NCBI GenBank assembly: GCA_963707505.1
Contig: CAVPQB010000006.1
Coordinates: forward strand, 32,001 to 96,000
Length of the DNA: 64,000 bases
DNA from: an uncultured Gemmatimonadales bacterium
Lineage (GTDB): Bacteria > Gemmatimonadota > Gemmatimonadetes > Gemmatimonadales > Gemmatimonadaceae
Reading direction: 5' to 3'
Shown: positions 22,076 to 32,652 of the stretch, piece after piece
Numbering within the stretch: position 1 is the first letter of the stretch
How the letters are laid out: every line of letters starts with the position of its first letter
The notes under the pieces: generated by a model
Told to the model about the DNA's origin: nothing
Databases searched by the model: none
Seen by the model: the letters and a program-made list of their open reading frames with translations, nothing else
Translations under genes and position numbers: made by a program

Positions 22076-23188
22076 TTGGATCGTCGTATCGTCGTCGCGG
22101 CTCTTGCCGCGTCCATAAGCACCTTGAGTACCTTGGTCGCATGCTCCCGCCAGCCTCGGGAGTATCTGCTTGGCGCGGCCGGTCCCCAGACCGTGGCATA
22201 CGGAATCCAGAACCAGCACGGGATCGATCTCGCAGTGGATGAGATCAACCGCGCCGGTGGGATAGACGGTGTGCCGCTTCGCGTCGTCGCTCGTGATGAT
22301 CGTGCAAGCGGAGCTGACGCAGCGCGCGTCGCCGGTGAGTTCGTGGCGAACCGAAAGATTCTTGCGGTGATCGGCCACGCAGGCTCTGGTGCCGAGGTAT
22401 CGGCTGCGCGCGTATACGACGGCGGCCATCTTCCGGCTATCGCCACGACGCCATCGTCGCCCGACATAACGGGCATCTCGCCGTGGGTGTTTCGCATGAG
22501 CACCAGCGACTCCGTGAACGGTATAACGCTCGCGCGGTTCGCATCGTCGCTGAGTGACTCGCTGCACCGTCCTGCAAGGGTCGCTGTTCTGTATCATAAC
22601 GACTCCTATGGACGCGGACTGTCCGACGCGTTCCTTCACAGTTTCAAGGGTCAGGTTCTGAGTACCGATCCGATCGGCACCGATACGAACCTCGAGCCGT
22701 ACATCACGTACTTCAAGGCACACACGCCTGATATCGTATTCGTCGCAAGTGATGAGGATCTCGGAATAAAGGTGTTGCGCGAGGCACGCAGGCAGCAACT
22801 GTCGGCCACGTTCCTCGGCGGCGACGGATGGCAGGGTGTGGTGAGCGATCCTGCCTCGGAAGGCGCCTTCGTCGGGACACCGTTCACCGCGCAGAATAGC
22901 AGCGACGCGACGCAGAAATTCGCGTCCGCATTTCGCGCCAGGTACGGCATGGTGCCGGACGCACATGCCGCGCTCGCTTACGACGCAACACGTTTGATCG
23001 CGAGCGCGCTGAAAAGCGGCGCTACCACCAGAGCCGAGATTCGTGATTATCTCGCATCGCTCAAGCAATCGACCGCATTCGCGAGCCTGTCTGGCCCCAC
23101 ATGGTTCGATGGGACCGATCCGGTTGGAGATGCTTTCCGCATGACCCGCGTACATAACGGGCTCATGCTTCCGGTGGCACGCCAATGA
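22076..23188 (+). CDS. Leu/Ile/Val-binding-type substrate-binding lipoprotein
   Basis: GIDLAVDEINRAGGIDG and AALAYDA motifs; LVAC lipobox; TTG start inferred from GGAGG at 22066-22070. Confidence 0.85.
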   Translation: MDRRIVVAALAASISTLSTLVACSRQPREYLLGAAGPQTVAYGIQNQHGIDLAVDEINRAGGIDGVPLRVVARDDRASGADAARVAGEFVANRKILAVIGHAGSGAEVSAARVYDGGHLPAIATTPSSPDITGISPWVFRMSTSDSVNGITLARFASSLSDSLHRPARVAVLYHNDSYGRGLSDAFLHSFKGQVLSTDPIGTDTNLEPYITYFKAHTPDIVFVASDEDLGIKVLREARRQQLSATFLGGDGWQGVVSDPASEGAFVGTPFTAQNSSDATQKFASAFRARYGMVPDAHAALAYDATRLIASALKSGATTRAEIRDYLASLKQSTAFASLSGPTWFDGTDPVGDAFRMTRVHNGLMLPVARQ

Positions 23189-24900
23189 GTATCCGTGAAC
23201 ATCTTCGCCTCACGACGATCAGGGATACGCTCCTCGTGGGATTTGCGGCGCTGGTATTCTGCCTGGTAATCGCTGGAACCGTCGGGTGGATGGCGGTCAG
23301 AGCCGGCGCCGGCGACGTCACTGGTGAGTTGCAGAGCGTACTCGCTACGGCACAGCAGACTTCGGATTACTCGAACATCGTAACGCGAGAGATCCAGGCG
23401 GCGTCAGCCTATCTCACCAACGGAGATTCCGCATCGCTGCGTGAATTTCGCCAGCTTGGGCACTCGGCCCATGGCTTGCAGCGTCAATTCGGCACCACGC
23501 AACGTGCAACGCCGACCGAAGTTGCAGCGATCGCCGCAGTCGATAATCGACTTGCAGACTTCGAGAACGCATATGCGCTGGCGCATCGCCTGCGCGATAT
23601 GGGCCGCACACAGGAAGCCCGCGCGCAGGCCGAGCAGGGACGCCTTGTTGTGGCCGGTCTTCTCGGCGATCTCACGCGCTTCGAGGACACCAAGGCCGCC
23701 GATGTCTCGAACGCGACGAGCCACATCGATTATCTGGCGAAGTGGCGCGCAACAGCGGTACTGGGTGCCGTCGCCATCGCTGTGCTGCTCGCCATAATGA
23801 TCGCGATTCGCACCATCCGCGCGATCGCGACACCACTTCAGGAGTTATCCAAGCACGCGCGGAGCTTCAGCGAAGGCGATCTCACTGCCCGCACCGCGAC
23901 GGCCGGCCTTCCAGGCGAATTTGCGACGGTCGCAATTGCGATGAATCACGCCGCCGATTCGCTATCGCGTGTCATCGACGTCGCGACGCAGACCGCCGAT
24001 GATGTGACACACTCGGCAGGCGACCTGGCCAGCGCATCGCAGCAGATTTCGGACACCGCCAATCAGGTGTCAGAAGCCGTGACGCAGGTTTCAGCCGGCG
24101 CCGAGGCGCAGGTGCGGCAGATCAAGGTCGTGACCCACTCGCTCGACACGATTCGCGATGCGGCGGACAGTGTCGCAGCTGGAGCCGAGGAGGTGCAGGC
24201 GCTCGCAGCATCGATCCACGGCCAGGCGGCCGACAAACGCACGGAGCTGGAGCGAACTCTCTCGATACTCGTGGATGTTCGCACGATAGTCCGGCAGGCA
24301 GCCGAGGAAGTGCGCGCGCTCAATTCGACAGTCGGCGACATCAACAAATTCGTCATCTCTGTAGGACGCATTGCCGACCAGACCAATTTACTGTCACTGA
24401 ACGCCGCAATCGAAGCCGCGCGTGCGGGCGCAGCAGGCCGCGGGTTTGGCGTCGTCGCGGACGAGATTCGCAAGCTCGCTGATCAATCACGTGCGGCGGC
24501 CGACGATGTGGTTGATCTCACAAGCTCCGTTACGAGCCGCGTGACGCGGACCTACAGTACGATGGAGCGTGGTGAAAATCAGGTCGGCGAGCTGGAGCGC
24601 GTGTCCCGCGATATCGACGACGCTCTGGCATCGATCGCAGCAGCGGCCGAGCGCACTACGCGTGCGGCAGAAGGAGTCGCGCGTACGGCAGACGACAACG
24701 TTCGCGTGGTTCAGCGCGCAACGGACGGCCTCGCCGCCGTCGCACGCACCGCCGAGGGCCACGCCGCAACCGCGATGCAGGTCAGCGCGTCGACCGAGGA
24801 ACAGAGCGCCGCATGCGAACAGATGACGACAGCGTCAGCTTTGTTGCTACGCGGAAGTACGCATCTGCGAAATCTGGTCGGAGAATTGCGCACGACGTAG
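23185..24900 (+). CDS. Methyl-accepting chemotaxis protein
   Basis: Two TM segments, HAMP domain and the signature IADQTNLLSLNAAIEAARAGAAGRGFGVVADEIRKLA. Confidence 0.95.
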   Translation: MSIREHLRLTTIRDTLLVGFAALVFCLVIAGTVGWMAVRAGAGDVTGELQSVLATAQQTSDYSNIVTREIQAASAYLTNGDSASLREFRQLGHSAHGLQRQFGTTQRATPTEVAAIAAVDNRLADFENAYALAHRLRDMGRTQEARAQAEQGRLVVAGLLGDLTRFEDTKAADVSNATSHIDYLAKWRATAVLGAVAIAVLLAIMIAIRTIRAIATPLQELSKHARSFSEGDLTARTATAGLPGEFATVAIAMNHAADSLSRVIDVATQTADDVTHSAGDLASASQQISDTANQVSEAVTQVSAGAEAQVRQIKVVTHSLDTIRDAADSVAAGAEEVQALAASIHGQAADKRTELERTLSILVDVRTIVRQAAEEVRALNSTVGDINKFVISVGRIADQTNLLSLNAAIEAARAGAAGRGFGVVADEIRKLADQSRAAADDVVDLTSSVTSRVTRTYSTMERGENQVGELERVSRDIDDALASIAAAAERTTRAAEGVARTADDNVRVVQRATDGLAAVARTAEGHAATAMQVSASTEEQSAACEQMTTASALLLRGSTHLRNLVGELRTT

Positions 24901-24906
24901 GAGCCT

Positions 24907-25111
24907 CGTCATTCCCTATGAAATGGACGTCACCCCCGCGAAAGCGGGGGCCCATGGACGAGGAGTGAGGCGTAGCATCCAAGTTCGCAGGTGTCGCCTT
25001 GGACGGATGAAGGACGGAAGTACGGTTGTTGTCTCAGATCAATGACACCTGCAAACCTGATACAACTCATCTGAGCGTCGTCCATGGATCCCTGCTTTCG
25101 CAGGGATGACG
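24907..25111. repeat. CGTC-type REP doublet forming a long imperfect inverted repeat (REPIN-like)
   Basis: Arms 24928-24960 and 25079-25111 are inverted copies; inner inverted repeat GCAGGTGTC (24987) / GACACCTGC (25044); lies between convergent genes. Confidence 0.75.
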
Positions 25112-25142
25112 AGCTCTCGCACGGATGACCGCGTCTGCTGTA

Positions 25143-26351
25143 CTACCGGATCAACCCGAACGCCGCTTCACGTATCGTATCGAACGCCGAGAGCCCCTTC
25201 CCCGCCGGCCCCGTTCCCGGCTCGAGATCCGTATCCGTATTGAACACGGCGATCACGGCTGAGCCATTCGCGGGATTCAGGTACATGAACGACACGAATC
25301 CCGCCTGTTCGCCCGTATGACCGATGAAGGTCGCAGCACCCTTGTGAACCACGAAGAACGACATTCCCATCGCTTCCGTCTCGTCGACAGTCGCCGGCTT
25401 CGTTGGATGTATCGGTCGCCACATTTCTTCAAGGCTCGAGCGCGCGAGCACGATGTCGTAGAGTCGCTGCTTCGCAGAGTCGCCGTGCGTCGCGTTGGTC
25501 AGGAAGCCCATGTAGGTGACGAGATCGGCAAGCGGCGCGTTCCAACCGCCGTTGGGAATCGTGATCCCGGGATCGAAGTCACTTCCGTTGTCCTGTACAA
25601 GCTCACGGCCAGTCGAATCGCGCAGCAACGTGTAATTGTGCGAGCGATCCCGCGCCAGATAGTACGGTGTGATTCCGAAGTAGCTGTGCGTGAGTCCCAG
25701 CGGTGACAGAATGTTCTTCTGCACGTAGTTCTCCCACGGATCACCGGTGATATGCTCGATGATCCGCGCGAGGTAGATGAACCCGGGATTGGAATAACTG
25801 AATCGCGTGCCGGGCTTGAACAACAGCTCCTGATATGGCATCATCGCCACTAACTGATTCCAGGTCGTCGGCTCGAACGGCTCCCACGACTTCCCCTGCT
25901 TGTACGGCCAGGTCGGATTCTGGAATCCCGCAGAATGCGACATCAACATCCTGATGGTGACGCTGTCCATCGAGCCGTACGGATCATGAACCTGCCGCAG
26001 TTCCGGTATGTAGCTGGTGACGCGATCATCGAGCGACAGCTTGCCACGATCACGCAGCTGCATTATCGAGATCGCGGTAAGAGTCTTGGTTATCGATCCG
26101 TAGTGGAAGATCGAGTTGTCGTCGATGCGCTTTCCGGTCGCCCTGTCAGCATAACCATACTCGTGTTGCGCGACCACCTTTCCATCGTGCATCACCACGA
26201 TACTTCCGCCAACTATGCTGTCACGCGCGGAATAGCGGTCGAACATCTGCGTGAACGCGTCCCAGCCGGGCGGCAGGGCTGCCCGCTGTGCGGCAAGCGG
26301 ATGCGTCGCGACGAGCGCAACCAGACAGAGTGATCTGCGTATGAGCATCAT
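25143..26351 (-). CDS. Secreted serine hydrolase, beta-lactamase-like family
   Basis: SITK (SxxK), YSN and GHTG motifs; signal peptide. Confidence 0.9.
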   Translation of the reverse strand: MMLIRRSLCLVALVATHPLAAQRAALPPGWDAFTQMFDRYSARDSIVGGSIVVMHDGKVVAQHEYGYADRATGKRIDDNSIFHYGSITKTLTAISIMQLRDRGKLSLDDRVTSYIPELRQVHDPYGSMDSVTIRMLMSHSAGFQNPTWPYKQGKSWEPFEPTTWNQLVAMMPYQELLFKPGTRFSYSNPGFIYLARIIEHITGDPWENYVQKNILSPLGLTHSYFGITPYYLARDRSHNYTLLRDSTGRELVQDNGSDFDPGITIPNGGWNAPLADLVTYMGFLTNATHGDSAKQRLYDIVLARSSLEEMWRPIHPTKPATVDETEAMGMSFFVVHKGAATFIGHTGEQAGFVSFMYLNPANGSAVIAVFNTDTDLEPGTGPAGKGLSAFDTIREAAFGLIR

Positions 26352-26378
26352 TTCACACCAGGAAAACCGGTGAAGGAT

Positions 26379-27344
26379 CTACCGGGAAAGCACGCGTGCA
26401 AAGACCTCGCAATCCACATTGCCACCCGATAATACCACACCAACCTTACGTCCGCGCATGGAGTCGCGCTCCTGCATCAGAGCCGCCAACGCCGCAGCGC
26501 CGGCACCTTCTGCAACATTATGCGTATCGGTGAAGTACGCGCGCATCGCTTCCCCCACCTCGGCGTCGCTCACCTGCACGACGCGCTCGGCGCCGCGCAT
26601 GATGATTTCGAGCGGCTCCGCGAGTGGAGTGCGACACGCCATTCCGTCCGCAATCTCGGTCGTGACCGGGTGTGACACGACCCGGCGAGCGGAGACCGAC
26701 AGCGCGTAAGCGGGTGCACCTGTCGAAACCACTCCGACGATTTTGGTGGACAATCCGAGGCCATCACGCGCCGCTATCATCCCGCAGATCCCCGAGCCGA
26801 GCCCGATCGGCACGTAGACCGTATCCATATCCGGTGCAGCCCGAAAGAATTCGAGCGCGTAGGTACCGACGCCACTCACCAGGTGTGGATGATACGACGG
26901 CAACCTGTGCCAGCCGCGCTCCGTGGCGATCCGGTCGGCCGCCTCTACTGCCGCCTGGAAGTCGTGCCCTTCCTCGACAAGATCTGCACCCAGCGCCCGC
27001 ATCGCCCTGTTCTTCTCCACGCTGTTCCCGTGCGGAACGACGACGAGAACCGGAATGTCGTAGCGCCGCGCGGCGAATGGCACCGACTGGCCATGGTTGC
27101 CGCGCGTCGCCGTCACGATGCCCGGAACCTGCTGTCCGGCACGCTGCAGATGATCCATGTACACGATTCCACCACGCACCTTGAAGGCGCCGACAGGAGT
27201 GTGGTTTTCGTGCTTGACGATCACTTGCGCCCCTGTGCGCTCCGCAAGCAAGGGCCACGCATATTGCGGCGTCGGCGGCATCAACCGGCGGACGATCTCC
27301 GTCGCGGCCTCGAGATCGCTCAGCGATGGAAGGGTGGCTGTCAT
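26379..27344 (-). CDS. Threonine/serine dehydratase family PLP enzyme
   Basis: [31 protein letters not shown] and LSGGNVD motifs. Confidence 0.88.
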   Translation of the reverse strand: MTATLPSLSDLEAATEIVRRLMPPTPQYAWPLLAERTGAQVIVKHENHTPVGAFKVRGGIVYMDHLQRAGQQVPGIVTATRGNHGQSVPFAARRYDIPVLVVVPHGNSVEKNRAMRALGADLVEEGHDFQAAVEAADRIATERGWHRLPSYHPHLVSGVGTYALEFFRAAPDMDTVYVPIGLGSGICGMIAARDGLGLSTKIVGVVSTGAPAYALSVSARRVVSHPVTTEIADGMACRTPLAEPLEIIMRGAERVVQVSDAEVGEAMRAYFTDTHNVAEGAGAAALAALMQERDSMRGRKVGVVLSGGNVDCEVFARVLSR

Positions 27345-27446
27345 GCGGATCAAAATACTCGTTATCGGTGCGCTCGGCGACGACAATGGCCGGCCGTACT
27401 CACGTCGCCCCGAGCCTGTGAGACACTGCCTGTTGTAGATTTCACC

Positions 27447-28148
27447 ATGTCCCACACACGTCCCGCTGTCGTGCTTTTGAGTGGTGGCCTCGACTCTACA
27501 ACCGTGCTCGCCATTGCCAGGCGCGACGGCTATGAGGTCAATGCGCTCTCGTTCAGCTATGGGCAGAGACATGACCGCGAGATCGACGCTGCACGCCGGA
27601 TAGCGAACAGCTATGGCGTTGCGCGTCACGAGATAGTGACGATCGATCTTCGCGTGTTCGGCGGCTCCGCTCTCACATCGGACATTGCCGTTCCCAAGGG
27701 ACGCGACGTGAAGGACGCGACGGACGTCCCGGTTACGTATGTACCGGCTCGCAATACGATTTTCCTATCGTACGCACTCGCGTTCGCCGAAGTTACCGAT
27801 GCGCGAGACATATTCATCGGAGTCAATGCACTCGACTATTCCGGCTATCCCGATTGCCGGCCCGAGTACATCCATGCATTCGAGCGCATGGCCAACCTCG
27901 CGACCCGAGCCGGCGCCGAAGGCAATGCGATCAACATTCGTACGCCGCTCATCGATCTGACCAAGGCACAGATCATAGCGCTCGGCATGTCGCTCGGCGT
28001 CGACTATTCAATGACCACGAGCTGTTATGATCCATCCGCGACCGGCGAGGCATGCGGCGAGTGCGATGCGTGTCAGCTACGCCTTGCCGGATTCAGTGCG
28101 GCAGGATCCACCGATCCGATAGCGTACATGGGCGCGGGACGCGTTTAG
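27447..28148 (+). CDS. queC: 7-cyano-7-deazaguanine synthase
   Basis: [20 protein letters not shown] and SCY...CGECDAC motifs. Confidence 0.95.
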   Translation: MSHTRPAVVLLSGGLDSTTVLAIARRDGYEVNALSFSYGQRHDREIDAARRIANSYGVARHEIVTIDLRVFGGSALTSDIAVPKGRDVKDATDVPVTYVPARNTIFLSYALAFAEVTDARDIFIGVNALDYSGYPDCRPEYIHAFERMANLATRAGAEGNAINIRTPLIDLTKAQIIALGMSLGVDYSMTTSCYDPSATGEACGECDACQLRLAGFSAAGSTDPIAYMGAGRV

Positions 28149-28152
28149 ATCG

Positions 28153-28791
28153 ATGGCGTACACAGTCAAGGAAATCTTCTACACGCTCCAAGGGGAAGGA
28201 GCAAACACCGGCCGCGCGGCAGTGTTCTGCCGCTTTTCGGGGTGCAATCTGTGGACGGGTCGCGAGAGCGACCGCGCGAATGCCGTCTGTACGTTCTGCG
28301 ACACTGATTTCGTCGGTGTTGGCCCTGACGGCGGGAAGTTCGCAAATGCCGAAGCGCTCGCCGATGCGGTCGAGGCGGCGTGGACACCGGCTACAGAAGA
28401 CGGAGCGGAACGATTCGTCGTGTGCACAGGAGGCGAGCCGCTGCTGCAGCTCGACGAGCCTGCCGTCGAGGCGCTGCATCGTCGTGGCTTTCGCGTCGCT
28501 GTCGAAACCAATGGAACGCAGCCCGCAACAGCTGGCCTCGACTGGATCTGCGTGAGTCCCAAGGCCGACGCGGCGGTCGTGATCACGGCCGGTGACGAAC
28601 TCAAGCTGGTCTATCCGCAGGAACGCGCAATGCCGGAGCGTTTCGCGAATCTCCAGTTCACGCACTTCTTCCTCCAGCCGATGGACGGACCGTCCCTCGA
28701 ACAGGCTACCCGAGCAGCAATCCAGTATTGCCTCGACCATCCGAAGTGGAGGCTGTCGGTTCAGACGCACAAGGTCGCCGGAATCCGCTGA
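28153..28791 (+). CDS. queE: 7-carboxy-7-deazaguanine synthase (radical SAM, Cx14CxxC type)
   Basis: EIFYTLQGEG, GCNLW...CTFCDT, TGGEP, ETNG, SPK and QTHK motifs. Confidence 0.95.
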   Translation: MAYTVKEIFYTLQGEGANTGRAAVFCRFSGCNLWTGRESDRANAVCTFCDTDFVGVGPDGGKFANAEALADAVEAAWTPATEDGAERFVVCTGGEPLLQLDEPAVEALHRRGFRVAVETNGTQPATAGLDWICVSPKADAAVVITAGDELKLVYPQERAMPERFANLQFTHFFLQPMDGPSLEQATRAAIQYCLDHPKWRLSVQTHKVAGIR

Positions 28792-28899
28792 CGTTCCGAC
28801 CGTATTGAGTGGTGCTCGCGCTGTTGCCGAAGGGCTGTCATACGCGTCGTAAGTCGATGAGCCCGGCGATAGCGACCACACCTGTACTCGGACTGACTC

Positions 28900-30678
28900 T
28901 TGTCCGATGAGTTGAACGAAATGCGCGGTGCTGGCCGAGATGTCGCGGGGGAGGATCGCACGTACGAAGCCGTGCTGGCCAGCGAGGCGCGCTTCCGAGC
29001 AGTCTTTGAGCACTCCGCCGTTGGCATTGCGCTCATCGAAACCGATGGCAGGATCATCGCTACCAATCCTGCCATGCAACAGTTCCTTGGCTACTCCAGC
29101 GAAGAGCTGCTGAACCGTCAGATGCACCAGCTCGTTCCCGAGGACGACGCCAACGGTCTGGCCGCAGCGATGGCGGCGATCTCGAGCGGCGCGAGTCCGG
29201 AGCTGGCGATCGAGCAGCGCTATACCCGCCGCGATGGCGAGATCGTATGGGCCGCGCTGACGATGTCGCGCGCGCACAGCGCCACCAGCGGCGAGTCGCT
29301 CGGCGTCATCGCCATGGTGCAGGACATACGTACACGCAAGTCGCTCGAAGAACGTCTCACACATCAGGCGTCACACGATCCACTGACGGATCTCGCCAAT
29401 CGCACGCTGTTCCGGCAACGAGTCGAGATTGCACTGCAGCGCGCAGCACACCGTGACCGCGTGGTGGTGATGTTTCTCGACGTCGACAACTTCAAGGCGG
29501 TGAACGACAGCGCGGGGCACGGTGCCGGCGACCAGCTTCTCGTCGTCGCAGCAGCCCGATTGCTCAACGCGACCCGTGGCTCGGACTCCGTCGCTCGGTT
29601 TGGTGGCGACGAGTTCGCCATCCTGCTCGAGAATGTGCGCGACGATGAGGAGGCAAGGATCGTTGCCGATCGCATTACACGCACCATGCGACAGCCGATC
29701 CAGATCGGAAACGAGACGGTGATCGCCGGAATCAGCATAGGCATCGCGCGACCACACTCCGACAGCGATGGCGCCGATGAGGTGCTCCGCAATGCAGATG
29801 TGGCGATGTACGCCGCCAAGGGATCAGGCAAGAACCGCTACCAGTTCTTCGAGCCTTCGATGCACACGGCCGTGGTGGACAGGGTCAGCCTCGAGACCGA
29901 TCTGCGCCACGCAGTGGCCGCACCCGCATCGGAATTCGTGCTGCACTATCAGCCGCTCGTTCAACTCGATACGGACGCCGTCGTCGGCGTCGAAGCCCTT
30001 GTGCGCTGGAACCACCCTCACCGCGGCGAGCTGCAGCCCGCTGATTTCATCACGGTGGCAGAGGAAACCGGTCTCATCATTCCGCTTGGCCGATGGGTGC
30101 TTCGTGAAGCCTGTGCGCAGGCCTTCGCCTGGTGGCACGGCTTGCCGGATGAACATCGCATGAGCATTGCCGTAAACGTATCCGGCAAACAGATCCAGGA
30201 CGCGACCTTCGTTTCCGACGTCGCTGCTGCACTCGCCGACTCCGGACTTCCGCCGGAACGACTGGTGCTCGAGATCACGGAAACCGTCATCATGCACCGT
30301 ACCGAAATGATGGTCCAGCGACTGCAGGAGCTGAAAGATCTCGGGGTTCATCTCGCAATCGACGACTTCGGCACGGGTTACTCATCGCTCAGCTATCTGC
30401 AGCAGTTCCCGATCGACATCATCAAGATCGACAAGGCATTCATCGAAGGGATGGAGCGTGACCCAGCCGGCGCTGCCCTTACGCGCACGATCATCGGACT
30501 CGGTGGAACGCTGGGCCTGTCGACGATCGCCGAGGGAATCGAGCATGCGTCGCAGCGAGCGACGCTCGAGGATCTGGGCTGCGTCATGGGCCAGGGTTTC
30601 CTGTTCGCGCGGCCATCGATAGCCGCCGGCGTGGGCGAGAACGTCAGCAAGCCAAACAGGGCGCCGGAGAATAAGTGA
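28900..30678 (+). CDS. PAS + GGDEF + EAL protein
   Basis: PAS/PAC domain, RFGGDEF, VEALVRW and IDDFGTGYSSL motifs; start uncertain (28900 or 28921). Confidence 0.93.
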   Translation: MSDELNEMRGAGRDVAGEDRTYEAVLASEARFRAVFEHSAVGIALIETDGRIIATNPAMQQFLGYSSEELLNRQMHQLVPEDDANGLAAAMAAISSGASPELAIEQRYTRRDGEIVWAALTMSRAHSATSGESLGVIAMVQDIRTRKSLEERLTHQASHDPLTDLANRTLFRQRVEIALQRAAHRDRVVVMFLDVDNFKAVNDSAGHGAGDQLLVVAAARLLNATRGSDSVARFGGDEFAILLENVRDDEEARIVADRITRTMRQPIQIGNETVIAGISIGIARPHSDSDGADEVLRNADVAMYAAKGSGKNRYQFFEPSMHTAVVDRVSLETDLRHAVAAPASEFVLHYQPLVQLDTDAVVGVEALVRWNHPHRGELQPADFITVAEETGLIIPLGRWVLREACAQAFAWWHGLPDEHRMSIAVNVSGKQIQDATFVSDVAAALADSGLPPERLVLEITETVIMHRTEMMVQRLQELKDLGVHLAIDDFGTGYSSLSYLQQFPIDIIKIDKAFIEGMERDPAGAALTRTIIGLGGTLGLSTIAEGIEHASQRATLEDLGCVMGQGFLFARPSIAAGVGENVSKPNRAPENK

Positions 30679-30721
30679 TCGCCCGCTAAGTTTAGGGAGC
30701 GTCCAACACACCATCCCCGGA

Positions 30722-30844
30722 ATGCCGATCCATCTGGTAAAAGGCCTCACCCTCGCTCTGGCGTTGCTCGCGCCCGTCGTCACCACGCTCTTCTTTCACA
30801 GACGATCACTTGCTGCAGCACGGCGACAGGGTCAGGTGCAATAG
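30722..30844 (+). CDS. Putative 40-aa single-pass membrane microprotein
   Basis: MPIHLVKGLTLALALLAPVVTTLFFHRRSLAAARRQGQVQ*; its TAG overlaps the GTG start of the next gene. Confidence 0.5.
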   Translation: MPIHLVKGLTLALALLAPVVTTLFFHRRSLAAARRQGQVQ

Positions 30845-31374
30845 TGTACGCTGGTCACGTCGGCTTTGGGCTTGGTGCGTACTCGTTCCGAAAGACACTC
30901 CCGCTGTGGCTCGTGCTCGTCGCGGCGCAGATCCCGGATTGGCTTGACGCTGGGTACTGCGTTGCAGACATCAGTCGCGGTCCTTACGGCATGTACACAC
31001 ACGGATTCATCCCCGTTGGAGTGTCTGCGATCGTCTTTGGGTTGCTTGCTTACGCAATCACTCGCGACGTCACGGGCATGTTGATCGTGGCACTCGTCGT
31101 CGTGTCGCACTGGGCTCTGGACTATCTTACGGGAATCAAGCCGACGTGGCCGGGCGGCCCAATCGTGGGTATGAATCTCTATGCACGGCCGTTGGTCGAC
31201 TTCGCGCTGGAATCGGCAACGATCCTCGTGGGATGGCTGCTGTATCGTCGCACGCTTCCGGAGTCAGCAAGAAATCATGCTTGGACATATGCCACACTGC
31301 TGATGTTGTGCACGCTGCAAGTACTTGCAGGCGCAGCATTCGCACTCAGTCTTGGAGGTCACGCAAAATGCTGA
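30844..31374 (+). CDS. Membrane-bound metal-dependent hydrolase-like protein
   Basis: H near the N-terminus, PDWLD, THG and SHWALD motifs; several TM segments. Confidence 0.75.
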   Translation: MYAGHVGFGLGAYSFRKTLPLWLVLVAAQIPDWLDAGYCVADISRGPYGMYTHGFIPVGVSAIVFGLLAYAITRDVTGMLIVALVVVSHWALDYLTGIKPTWPGGPIVGMNLYARPLVDFALESATILVGWLLYRRTLPESARNHAWTYATLLMLCTLQVLAGAAFALSLGGHAKC

Positions 31375-31640
31375 TGAGCATCCCCATCATATCGCCGATC
31401 GAGATACGGGTCGGCGAGCCGGGCGTTCGCATGCTGCCGGCGCCGGATTACGAAGTTCATGCGCTTCCCCCCGCTGCAATCCTGAGCGCCGAGACGTCAA
31501 CGCCGCCGGAGGATCCCGCAATCACCGCGCTGAATGAGATCGAGCTCGCCGCACAGATCAGCGAATATCATGATTTCTCCTGGTGGGATGAGCGTATTCG
31601 TCAGATCCGCGACCGACTTGCGCAGGACGGAGCAAGCTGA
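31374..31640 (+). CDS. Hypothetical protein
   Basis: MSIPIISPIEIRVGEPG...; start abuts the previous stop codon. Confidence 0.5.
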   Translation: MSIPIISPIEIRVGEPGVRMLPAPDYEVHALPPAAILSAETSTPPEDPAITALNEIELAAQISEYHDFSWWDERIRQIRDRLAQDGAS

Positions 31641-31762
31641 GGAGAATCGTCGTGCACGCAGAAGGAACATCACTCCGGCGAAGGCGGCGGCGACGAGCGT
31701 TGACGGGGTGAGACGCCCGGCGAGGATGACGCTGAAATGGCGCGGATGGCGATGCTAGCGCA

Positions 31763-32646
31763 TCACAGATCATCCACCGATTTCGGCCAGTCCTGTTTGA
31801 GCAACCGTGACAGTCCGCGATCCGCCAATAACTTCCCGCCGGTCTGGCACCGCGCGCAGTAATCAGTCTCGTTACTCGCATAGCGAATGCGCTGGACCGG
31901 GGTTCCGCATACCGGACACGGCTGCCTGTACTTGCCGTGCACAGCCATCTCCGGACGAAATGCCGTGACGCGCTCCGGGAACTTATCGCCGGTCTCCGCG
32001 CGCAGGCGATCGGTCCACTCGCGCAACACCGTGCGCGTTGCGTCGTATAACCTGAGTGCATCATCGTCGCTGATGCGTCCGCTCAGTGCGACTGGCGAGA
32101 GACGCGCGCGATGCAATATCTCGTCGGAATATGCGTTACCGATCGCATCGAACATACGCGGATCAGTGAGCGATCGCTTCAGTGTGTGATTCTCGCTCCG
32201 CAGCCGCGTGGCAAATGCACTGAAATCCGCGGCGAACACGTCGAGGCCGCCACGATCTATCTGCGACAACGCTTCTCTGCCGCTGACCAGTGACAGCGAA
32301 GCCCGTCGCGTGGTTCCGGCTTCGGTGAGAACGAGCGTGCCAGCTGTGAACTCAAACGTTGCGAGACTCAGCTTTTTCGGCGCAGCCTTGCCAGCTCGGC
32401 AACCAGCGCAACCTGCCGGCGATCATGAGATGGATGACGATGAACAGGTCGCCTTCCAGCCCAATGACAAGTCGCTTTCCGATTCTCGCGATCTCCGCGA
32501 CTTCACGTCCGTTCGACTTCGGAGATTGGCGGATCGAAGGTTCGCAGCACGAACGGATTCAGCACGTGCAACGCGACGAGCCGCTGATTCAGAATGCGCC
32601 TGCTCAGCGCCTCGATGTAAACCGTGATATCGGGCAGCTCAGGCAC
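31763..32646 (-). CDS. Fpg/Nei family DNA glycosylase (two apparent +1 frameshifts)
   Basis: N-terminal PELPD, RIGKR, HLMIAG, H2TH motif [11 protein letters not shown] and a CPVC...CARCQ zinc finger; extra bases near 32511 and 32396. Confidence 0.85.
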
Positions 32647-32652
32647 TCTCGG

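Noticed and set aside
25143..26351. Beta-lactam resistance gene
   Set aside because: SxxK/YxN/HTG motifs define a broad serine hydrolase family; there is no specific evidence for beta-lactamase activity.
27345..27446. preQ1 riboswitch upstream of queC
   Set aside because: No hairpin plus A-rich tail pattern visible.
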